The position numbers and the translations under genes are program-made. Below are positions 1 to 10,200 of a DNA stretch of 64,000 nucleotides, in pieces; the first letter of the stretch is position 1, and every line of letters starts with the position of its first letter. The notes beneath the pieces are model-generated. The model did not search any database. It saw only the letters and a program-made list of their open reading frames with translations, and was not told where the DNA came from. The DNA is from Hydrolagus colliei (taxonomy: Eukaryota), in assembly GCA_035084275.1 (NCBI GenBank), contig CM068746.1, forward strand, positions 34,038,001 to 34,102,000, given 5' to 3'.

Positions 1-867
1 TGTTTCGGCGCGTGGGGGGGTGAGGTAGTGGTGGAGTCTGACAATACTATGGAGGTGGTGGAAGGCTGTACAGGTCATGGAGCGGATATGAGGGAGAAAG
101 GAGAGTTCGGGGTCAAACAAGACGCCCAGATTCCTGAATGGCTTCGAAAGGTGGTTCATTAACTCTATTGCTCTCCTCTGCACTGCCTCTAGGGTATGGG
201 CAGCCCCCTTATGATACAGTGACAAGAACTGTTTTGCAGTAGTTCAGGTGTAGACTGACAGCCTGAGTATGATGTCCGGGGATCTAAAATCAACTGATTT
301 AGCAATAAACCAAGACCCTATCTGTGCCTGTTCAGGTGGATGTTAAAGATTTCATTGTGCTACTCGAAAAGAGAAAGGAGTTTCTCTCTCCTGGTATCCT
401 GGATATCACTAGCCGCAGATAACATCAGCCACTCACCGCAAAGCTGCTCGTGGGGCATTGCTTTGTGCTGCTGAGTTTGTCTACAAAATTCACGCTTTAC
501 ACTTTATAATAAATCCTGTAAATCGCTTTGAGATATCATCCCAACATGAAAAGCACTGTGTCAATGTAAGGATTGTTATTGACTGTTTCCTTGGGCAAAG
601 TGCGGCGAGTGATTAGACTGATTGGGGTCTTCTGAAGATCACCGCATCAGTAGTGTATTGCAGCCTTGCCTTGGATAGCATTGGAACAGCTGCAATAACC
701 AGCAAAGGTCAAGGTTGAGAAATAGTTTCTATGAGAAAGCATTTGGTAATCTTTTTATCGCTTCACATGGGATACTCTGTGCCACAGAAGCAGAGTCCTT
801 TGGGATGTGTTCATGGAAAATAGATATTGCATAGGAAGAGCATGCTCATAATTCTTACATTTAATAT

Positions 868-1500
868 AACACAACAACAACTTTGATTTATATAGCGCCC
901 TCCACGCCGGGCGGAGTCTCAGAGCGCTTCACAGTAGTGGATCCCGGGACCGAGCCAGGGGCAGGGGTAGAAAGGTGAGCAAAGGCACAGTCGTAGAGAA
1001 AGGTCTTTAACTGTGACCTGAAACTGGGAAGAGAGGGGGCGAGGCAAAGTGAGTGTGGAAGGGAGTTCCAGAGCCTCGGGGCATAGGGGCTGAAGGCACG
1101 GGTGCCGAGGGCGGAGCGGAGGATTCGGGGGATATGGAGGAGGCCAGACCCGGTGGAGCAAAGACAGTGCGTGCTGGTTTGGGGGGAGAGGAGATCAGAG
1201 AGGTAGTGGGGTGCAGAGGAATGGAGGGATTTGAAAACAAGGGTGAGGATGTTGAATCGATCCTCTCAGGGACAGGGAGCCAGTGATGTCTGGCAAGGAC
1301 TGGGGTAATGAGGGAGCGAAGCTTGGTGCGGGTGAGTATACGGGTGGCAGAGTTTTGAATTAGCTGGACTTTGTGGATTGTGGTGGCGGGGAGACCGGCG
1401 AGGAGGGCGTTGCAGTAGTCCAGCCGAAAGGTGGCAAAAGCATGGACCAAGGTTTCAGCGGCTTTCGGGGTGAGGTATTGCCGGAGACGGGCGATCCATC
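868..1500 (-). mobile_element. L2 LINE 3' fragment (different tail subfamily)
   Basis: Translates to IARLRQYLTPKAAETLVHAF..LDYCNALLAGLP..HHWLPVPERI; (caa)n tail at ~868-880. Confidence 0.88.
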
Positions 1501-1977
1501 GGATACAGTACCTTTCAGTACCTTTTGATAGGAAGTCCCAAAGCCCTTGATAGGATTCACTATAAAGTGGAGTGACTGTGTGTTTTGTAGGTGAATGCAA
1601 GGTTCATTATTGTTAACACAGAACTTTCAGATTATGTTTTTAATGCAAGAATTATTAATATTATTATTGATACAGAATATTCTAATTCCCAGCTATGATT
1701 TCATTGTAAGAATGATAACGATTACAGAGGCAGGTGAACTTCCTCTTACGCACTTTGTGTATTGCTGCTTTGAATCCACTATCAAATCCAGTTAATGATT
1801 GTTTGCTGAATGCTCCAAGGTTCATTGAAGATTCCATTATAAAATAATATCTGAGTGATTACCATTAAAAGCACTAATACCTGGACCTCCGAGTACAGAT
1901 GAACTGGTAACAACAGTGTTTACAAAACATTCTTCTTTGTTCAAACTGGGGAACCAGTCTCAGGGAAGTCTTTATGT

Positions 1978-2355
1978 GTCAGCCTGGCTCCGTTGGTAAC
2001 ACTCTAGCCTCTGAGTTAGGAGGTTGTGGGTTCAAGCCTGAAGTTTGGACTTAGAATCAAATAGTCTAAGCTGTCACTCCAATACAGTGCTAGGGTTTGG
2101 TTGGGGGTGGGGTGCAGGAGTGTTGCTTTGTGGTTGGGGTGTTAACCATCTTCAGATGAAAAGTTAAACTGAAATCCCATATTTGCCTGTTCAAGTGGAT
2201 GTTAATGATCCCATGACGCTATTGAAAAAGAGAGGGAAGTTTCGCTCTCCCGGTGTTCCTGCCAACAGTCTCCCCAGATAAAATCAGTCTTCGCTTCACA
2301 GCTGTTTGTGAGACATTGCTGTACGCAAATTAGCTGCTGCGTTCATCCACAAAAT
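1978..2355 (+). mobile_element. tRNA-derived Deu-domain SINE (family A), representative copy
   Basis: A-box tggctccgttgg, B-box ggttcaagcc, central ttcagatgaaaagttaaactga..ttaatgatcccatg..ggtgttcctgcc resembling the DeuSINE domain. Similar copies (approx.): + 310-583, 3870-4270, 4674-4940, 14020-14305, 21063-21320, 24090-24450, 30897-31290, 45745-46040, 52075-52320, 57720-57950; - 4980-5200, 12040-12405, 27880-28100, 36085-36235, 44000-44330, 44590-44960, 46150-46395, 47950-48210, 51050-51320, 55600-55750. Confidence 0.8.
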
Positions 2356-2470
2356 TATCCCGATATCCCTTAATCCCTTTATCCATAAGAAATCTATCAA
2401 TCTCAGACTTGAATATGTTCAACGACTGAGCATCTACAGCCTTTTGGGGAAGAGAATTCCATACATTCTC
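2355..2470 (-). mobile_element. CR1 3' fragment
   Basis: ORF 2330..2554(-) includes NVWNSLPQKAVDAQSLNIFKSEIDRFLMDKGIKGY, the classic CR1 ORF2 C-terminus. Confidence 0.85.
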
Positions 2471-2767
2471 ATTCAAGACCCAGGTCAGCATATGTGTTTC
2501 TATATCTTGATATTTGCAAAAAAAAAGACAACTTTCATTCCTAGTGCCCATCATTTAGGATAGTGTCTTGGAGGGCTGAACAATGATGGCATCGATCTAT
2601 CAAAAAAGGTGTAGGTTATCACATTACTACTTTCTTGTATTCTGTCCCTCGACAAAACAATGCAACTATTTTAGATATCAAATAAGTCTCACCAAGGTGA
2701 GTTGTTGTTGTTTTCTCAAACAATGGCTGGGATTTATGAGGCCCTACAGATTAGCTCGCAACATCGC

Positions 2768-3572
2768 CTTCACACATCAGGCACTGGCAGCATCAACCTC
2801 CATGGTTGCTCACTTGACCTCACCAAGCCAGTCAGGAATCTAGGTGTCTTGTTCGATCCTCAACTGTCTTTCCTTCCCCCACATCCAAGCAATAACTCGC
2901 TCTGCCTTCACTCACCTCCACAATATTGCCTGACTCCCCCATTACCTTACCCCCAAGGCCGCTGAAACCCTCATTCATACCTTCATTACATCACGGCTTG
3001 ACTATGCGAACGCCCTGCTTGTCAGTCTTCCCAATTCCTTCCTCCACAGGCTGCAGATAATCCAGAACTCAGCGGCCCGTGTCCTCTATTGGTCCAAGCT
3101 TCGTGACCCCATCTTCCCCATTGTCGCTCGACTCCATTGGCTCCCCATCATCCAGAAGATCCAATTCAAGATCCTGATCCTCACATTCAAAGCCCTCCAC
3201 AGCTTCGCTTCACCCTACATCTATAACCTCTTAATCCCCTACCAAGCTGCCCGCCCCCTCTGCTCAACAGGCTCTGGCTTGCTGCACATCCCCCGAGCCA
3301 CCCGCTCCAACATTGGCGGGCGAGCCTTTAGCCACTCTGCCCCTAACCTCTGGAATTCCATCCCACAGTCCCTCTGCCTCGCCCCCTCCCTGGACTCCTT
3401 CAAATCCCTCAAGACATGCCTCTTTGATGGTCCTATTGGTCACTCTAAATCCCACCTTTCCCTCCACCCTCCCTGTCCCCAGCTTGGGTCTGAAACAATG
3501 ACTGTCCAGCATCTTGGGACGTCCTCCTGACATGAAAGGTGCTAAACAAGTATAATTTTGTTGTTGTTGTTT
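2768..3572 (+). mobile_element. L2 LINE 3' fragment, frameshifted
   Basis: LTKPVRNLGVLFDPQLSF, GGRAFSHSAPNLWN; tail gggacgtcctcctgacatgaaaggtgct...(ttg)n. Confidence 0.88.
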
Positions 3573-5271
3573 CAGGTATTCTTGAACCCTAAGTGAGCTT
3601 TTTATTTGGAATGAAACCAGCCTAGAGGAGATAAATTTAAAGTGAGAATGAAACAGTTGAGGACTGAGAAAAAGAAGCGAGTTCTTCTCCCAGTGCTCCA
3701 TCTGAATGTGGAACTCACATCAGCAGAACACCATAGAGGTGAATCAGATACGGATTCAAGAGCAATTGATAGATACTTGGCAAACATATTTCCTTAGTCA
3801 GCCTGGTGTCTCTGACACACACAGAAACCCGCCAGCATGCTTTGTAGTGTCCAGGCCAGCCTGAATTGCTAACTGGCTCAGTTGGTACCACTCCCGCCTC
3901 CCGAGTCAGAAGGTTGCGAGTTCAAGACCCAGGTCAGCATCTGGAACCTGTATAGTCTTCTAATCTGACATTTCAGTGCGGTGCTTGGGGAAGTGCTGTA
4001 TTGTCAGACGTGCTATCCTTTGAATGGCATTAAACCAAGGTCCTTTCTATGACTGTTCAGGTGGATAGCAAAAATCTCAAAGATCTCTTGGGAAAAGAGA
4101 AGGGAGTTTCTCTCTTCCAGGTGTCCTGGCCAAGTATCCCCCAGGTGAAATAGTCACTTCATGAATATTTGTAGCATATTGCTGGGTGCAAATTGGCTGC
4201 TGTATTTATCCACAAAATGCAGTCACCACACTTTACAGTATTATGCTGTGAATGCTTTGAGAGGTATCCCAGGGCATGGGTGATCGCAAGGTGGAGAGGT
4301 GGAGAGATTCCAGGAATGAGGGGGAAAGCAAAGGTTGGTTCCAAGGAGCTGAAAGGATTTGGAGGAATGAAACTATTGATCCGACTCATAATTCTCTGAG
4401 AATTGCCGTGTCAGCTGTCGATAACTCTGTGTTTATTTAACTAATGTTTTGTTTGCAGTTTTACAGTTCACAAGAAGCAAGAGCCAAATCATTTGGCTTC
4501 AACTTAAGACAAAAGGAAGTACAGTACATTCTATTCTGCCATCAAATTGTGCACAGCAACATCTTTCAAACATCATTTCCATGGGTGGGGGGAATAATTT
4601 GGACAACTCCAGTGAATAATCCTTGACCTCTCCCCCCCATTTTACAAATTCACACTACATAATTTTAGAGACTCAGTCTGGCTCAGTCACTCGCACGCTC
4701 ACATTTAAGTCAGAAGTTTGTGGGTTGAAGCCCCACACCAGGACTTGGAATCACATAGTTTAAGCAGGTGCAGTGCAGTGCTGGGGGAACGTTGAACTGT
4801 CTGAGTTGTCATTAATCAGATGAAACGTTAATCCGAGCTCCCCACTGTGCATGTTCAGGTGGATGTCTAAGATCCTGCCACACAATTGGAAACTAGAACA
4901 GAGTTTCTCTCTCCCAGTGTTCTGTTCAGAAAATCATCAAAGGCTCAGCGATTGGGTGGAAAAGATTTGTATTCTCCCAATCGGATTTGTTGTCGTTGCC
5001 CTCCATTCACACTGTCAGGATGTCTTAAAGTGCTTCACAAGATATACTGCAAAGTGTAGTGATGTGTATTTTGTGGGTGAGTGCGACAGCCAATTTGCAC
5101 ACAGCTATGTCCAACAATTCTTTGGGGAATTGTTGGCCAAGCCTTCAGGAGAGGGAACTCTTCTCTTTTTGGGTGCATTGAAACAATGAATGCCCACTGA
5201 TACCACATTGTTAACATCAAAGCGTCAAAGCATCTCAGAATATTTCATCCTTGCAAGCACACTATCCAGTC

Positions 5272-6338
5272 CTCGACAACAACAACAACAACAATTTACA
5301 TTTATATAGCGCCTTTCACGTCGGGAGGACGTCCCAAGGCGCTAAACAAGAGGCGTGTGACCCGAGCTGGGAGGGGAGTGTTTGGGAAGGGGTGAAACAC
5401 GAAGGGGAGGTAAAAGAGTTCGGGGTGGAACAAAAGGCACGATCGAAGAGGAAAGTCTTCAAATCGGCCTTGAAAGAGGAAAGGGAAGAGGCGAAACGGA
5501 GGGATTGAGGGATGGCATTCCATAAGGTGGGAGCGGAGAAACTGAAGGCCCGGCCTCCGATGGTGGGGCGGTTCGGGCGGGGGGCTTGGAGCAGGCCAAG
5601 TCCTGTTGAACGGAAGGTTCGGATGGGCGTGTAGGGGGAGAGTAGATCGGTTAGGTAGGATGGGGCAAGGCCGTGCAAGGCCTTGTAGGTGAGGACGAGG
5701 ATCTTAAATTCGATCCTCTGGAGGATGGGGAGCCAGTGGAGACGGGCGAGGGTGGGGGTTATGTGGTCACGGAGGCGGGTGCGGGATAGTACACGGGCTG
5801 CAGAGTTTTGGATGGCCTGCAGCCTATGAATGGAGGAACTGGGGAGGCCGATTAGGAGAGAATTTCCATAATCCAGCTGGGAGGTGATGTACGCGTGCAC
5901 GAGTGTTTCGGCAGCGCGGGGGGTAAAATAGTTGCGGAGCCTGGCAATGTTGCGCAGATGGAAATAGGTGGTGCCGGTCAAGGCGCGGATGTGGGGGAGG
6001 AAGGAAAGTTTTTGATTGAACATGATGCCGAGGTTCCTGATTGGCTTTGTGAGGTGCAGAGTACAGCCTTGGATGTTGAGGCTGGCAGCGCCCGATGTGC
6101 GGAGGCGCTGGCTTGAGCCAATCAGGAGGGCCTCGGTCTTATTCACGTTCAATTGCAAAAAGTTGTCCCTCGTCCACGATTCGATGTCAGACAGACATGC
6201 TGTCAGAACATCGATCGTCTGGGGGTTGAGGGATGAGGCAGAAAGGTACAACTGGGTGTCATCCGCATACATGTGGAAATTTACCCCATGTCTGCGGATG
6301 ACGTCGCCCAGGGGGAGCGTGTAAAGGGTGAAAAGAAG
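5272..6338 (-). mobile_element. L2-clade LINE, 5'-truncated, with intact reverse transcriptase C-terminal part and 3' tail
   Basis: ORF 5316..6362(-) includes LLFTLYTLPL, FHMYADDTQLYLS (YADD), LQLNVNKTE, LDYGNSLL, HITPTLARLHWLP, GGRAFSFSAPTLWN; tail hairpin and (TTG)n end at ~5275-5345. Confidence 0.93.
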
Positions 6339-6994
6339 GTTACACTGACTACACTGGATCAATTACAAGCTCCCCACCCTCACCTAAAAATGCCTCCCAT
6401 GTATCTATCCAATCTCCTCTGCTCATCCCTTCATCAGAAAACCTCAATTCCCCCTGCCTCTCTGAGCTACCATTGGAGGCTGAGGCTATAGTCCCTAATC
6501 CCCTAACATCTGAAATCCCCTCCCTCTACCTCTTTAACTGAGATTAGGGGCTTGAGTATGGGGAGAGATGACAGGCAGAGTTTGAGGAGGGGGTGAGGGA
6601 AATAAGTCCTGTGGGGGGATAAGGGAATAAGTCCTGCGTTGACCGGCATTACCTGGATACTTAGCTAGACCAGGTTATCTATCTGCTCCAGCATGCCTCA
6701 GGACTTGCTGGGCCAGGTGGGCATGGAACAGGGGAGCCGAGTTGAGGAGGGGAGGCACAGAGGTCAGAACATCCGAGAACATCCAACTCTCATCCAGTTG
6801 ATAAACCAAAAACTGGGGCATTCTTTGTGGAATATGAGAAATGGGTTTGCAAGAGTTACCAAATGCTCAACAGAATCCAAGGCTAGAACTAGTTGCAACA
6901 ACAACAACAAAATTACACTTGTGTAATGCCTTTCAAGTCAGGAGGACGTCACAAGGTACTGTTACAATAAAGATCTGCCTATTATCATAGGAGT

Positions 6995-7197
6995 GTGAAA
7001 GCAAAGCTCAGATAAGCTCCAGTTATTGTTTAACTCAACCTGCAGTGGGATTTGCTGCCTCGAACTGATACAATTGAAGGTGAGAATTTCCTTAACCATT
7101 AACCATGTCTTAGTCGCTGCAAGAGTTTGGACGATAAATAGCTGCGAAGAGCCTGTGACTCTCTGCAGACAGACAGGCGCTGGCCTCATTCTCAGTC
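6995..7197 (+). promoter_or_regulatory. Candidate slc13a1 proximal promoter / 5' UTR
   Basis: Repeat-free sequence before the ATG with GATAAG (7011-7016), two HNF1-like palindromes GTTATTGTTTAAC (7022-7034) and CTTAACCATTAAC (7091-7103), and a TATA-like GATAAATA near 7133-7140. Motif matching by eye only. Confidence 0.5.
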
Positions 7198-7296
7198 ATG
7201 GGCTTCCTTGGGATTCTTAGGTGCTACACCAAGCTGATCATCCTGGTGCTCACACCACTGCTGCTTCTCCCCCTGCCACTCGTCATCGGGACTAAA
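7198..7296 (+). CDS. slc13a1: slc13a1 coding exon 1 (MGFLGILRCYTKLIILVLTPLLLLPLPLVIGTK)
   Basis: ATG in gtcATGg context; hydrophobic LLLLPLPLV typical of the SLC13 N-terminus; donor AAA|gtaagg. Confidence 0.92.
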
Positions 7297-10200
7297 GTAA
7301 GGACCATTATTGCTGAGATTATCTACTTAGTCATTATTAATAATAATCATGGTAATAATAATCCTTGCATTTGATACAACGCGTTTCACGTTGGGAGGAT
7401 GTCCCTAAGCTCTTCATTGGAGTTTTACAATGAAGTTAATGATTGTGTATTTGTGTGTGAATGTGGCAACTAATTGTTGTATGCTTCAACTGAATGAGAC
7501 TTAATGTCCCCCAAACAGCCATGAAATAAAGGAGGAATTTTATCTGAGGGATTATTGGCCAGGATACCAGGAGAGAGAAACCCTTTTCTCTTTTTGAACA
7601 GTGCTGTAGGAGTTCAACTCCTGACCTGGTTTAAATGTCCACCTGAACTGGACTTCAGTTTAACGTCTCAACCAAAGGATAGCACCATTTGAAAACATAG
7701 CACTCCTTCAGTACTGCACTGTCACCTTGGACGATGAACTTACTCCCCTATGATGGTTCCAATACCTTATGACTCAGACGGAAGAGCTACTGGCTGAGCC
7801 AGGCTGTCACCTGTCATACACAAGCCATGATATAATTTTTATATCTGATTACATTAATTATTACAAAGAAGGTTGGAGAATAAAATTTATAATAGAAATA
7901 ATTCTTGCATTTGGTGCCCTACCCTAGATAGGCTGGGGCTTTTTTCACTAGAGAAGAGATGTTTAAGTGGGGAACCTATCAAAAGGTCAGCATAAGTTGA
8001 CTATTCCACTGGTTGGTGAGGGGGCACAATTATAAGATAAGTGACTAGGGAATCTAAAAGGGAAATTAGGAGGAATTACTTGTTGACTGCAAGTGGATCA
8101 ATCTTACATTATATTTACAGTACTTTAAATAAATTGCTGCAATTTAACTATTAATTTTTAGATTTCAAGCACCAAGATAATCAAAGTCATAAACAACAGG
8201 CATTTTGTTTTAAAGATGATGCATGTTACAGAAAGGTAAAACCACCAAACTTGGAAATAGTTTGTCCATGCCATTTTACCCACTTGAGGCTGCTTTAATT
8301 TCTACTGGTTGGAACCCAATATTTATATCAGAATTTCCTTTGATCTTGTGCTTACGCTGTAAGCACAAAATCAAATCACTAGATCAAATCACAAGATCAA
8401 ATCACAAATCACAAATCACTTTTCTCCCATCAATCACTTTTCTTCCATCATGTCACAAAATCGCAATCTTTGTTTTCGCTTTGTCTCATCATAAACCCAA
8501 CATTATAAACTTTCCTTTATCTGCATGTGACCGTATCAGTAAAACAAACAGATAAGCACATCCTATTTCTTTAAACACAAATCATCATTTGGTTGAATTG
8601 GTTTGTTTTAAGACATCACTAAGTCTTAAACTATATGTGATACATCATAATGAACAACCAGGGAAAGATGACATATTTCAACCACTTAACTTGTCAAACA
8701 GTCTGACATCAAATACAGGGAAAAGTGTGACAGTTTTCATTAAAGCTTTACAAAAATATTTCTTTAATAGACTTTATTTTAAACAGAGTAAACCATTAAA
8801 ATGTTAGAAAACTTCTAAAAGGAAAATGCATACTAAAATAGAATACTCATTTTAATAAAATATGAAAAGTGTTAAAATGCTAAGAATTACCACTACTGTA
8901 TATCCTTTCTATTTAATAAATGTTAACCAGAATGTATATTCACATCCAATAATGAATTATTCCTATGTGAAGAACAATTCACCCAGAACGCTTCATACTT
9001 CACACCGAGGGCAGTGAGATTGTGGAACCTGTTGCCTGAAGTGGTGTTTGAATTAGATAGTATAGATGCATTCAAGAGGAAGCAAGACATGCACGGGAGG
9101 GAGAAGAGAACAGAAGGGTATAGGAGAGAGTGAGGAACAGGTGGACACTCAAGTGAAGTGTTGGGATATCCCAACTGTAGTTTAAACACTGGCACAGACT
9201 AGTTGGGCTGAGTGGCCTGTTTCCTTGTGTGCGTGCCTTACAGTCTTTGGAATTTTTTACAGAGCTGATAGCTTAATGGTTTGTTGTTGCAAACAAGACA
9301 AACAGATATTGCTCATTGCCGTGTCTCATCACCTTATCTCGACAAGTACAATAAAAGCCTCTAATCTACAGCAAGATGATGTGCTGAGTTAAGCAAGCGA
9401 TTGCAGAGTGCTCCATCGGAAGCAATCATCTCCATCATCCCAGGGTTACATCATAGCTGTCCCACATGTGAGATACAGATTTCATGTTCACACTGAATTC
9501 ACCATTTGGCTTATCGTCACTCTGTTCCTCACCCATATTCAAATCACACCTGAAGATCTTCCTTGTTGATTGTGCTATGGTCACCTCCCCTCTCCCTCTG
9601 GTTTGGAGTTAAATTTTGATTTCTTAAGCTCTCTGAGATGCTATATTGTAATTTTGTTGCTATTGTTGTCATTTAATGTCCAGCTGAACAGGCACAGACA
9701 GGACCTGATTTAAAGACTGTTATAAACCTCTGACAATGCAGCAACCCCCCTCGCCAGTGTTGTTGGGGGAGTTGTTGGGGACCTGCCAGTTTTATGTGTC
9801 TGCTTACTTTTGTGCTGTGTGTGATTTTTCCAGGAATCAGAATGTGCGTACATAGTGCTGGTGGTGGCTATATTCTGGCTGAGTGAAGCCCTGCCACTTG
9901 CAATCACTGGCCTCATACCAGCCTTGATGTTTCCTCTCTTTGGCATCATAAAAGCCAAAGATGTGAGTATGATCTGCTACACAACGGAGAGGGCTTTGGT
10001 GTTCAATTCATACTGCTGTTTATCAAGCGGGTGGTTGGGTGGGGTGGTGGGGGGGGGAGAATGGTAAGAGAGAGCAGAGAGGGCATGGGGCAGAGAGAAC
10101 ACAGAGAGGATAGGGGTACAGATAACAGGGGCAGAGGGTTTGTGTGGAAAGGGCAGAGAGGACAGAGGTATGATGGGCCCAAGAAACGGGAAGAGGAGGG

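Noticed and set aside
1007-6362. ORFs 1007..1600, 5316..6362 and similar (also 17096..17665, 28389..28982) as host genes
   Set aside because: They are L2 ORF2 fragments with LINE tails, 5'-truncated and without their own start or promoter
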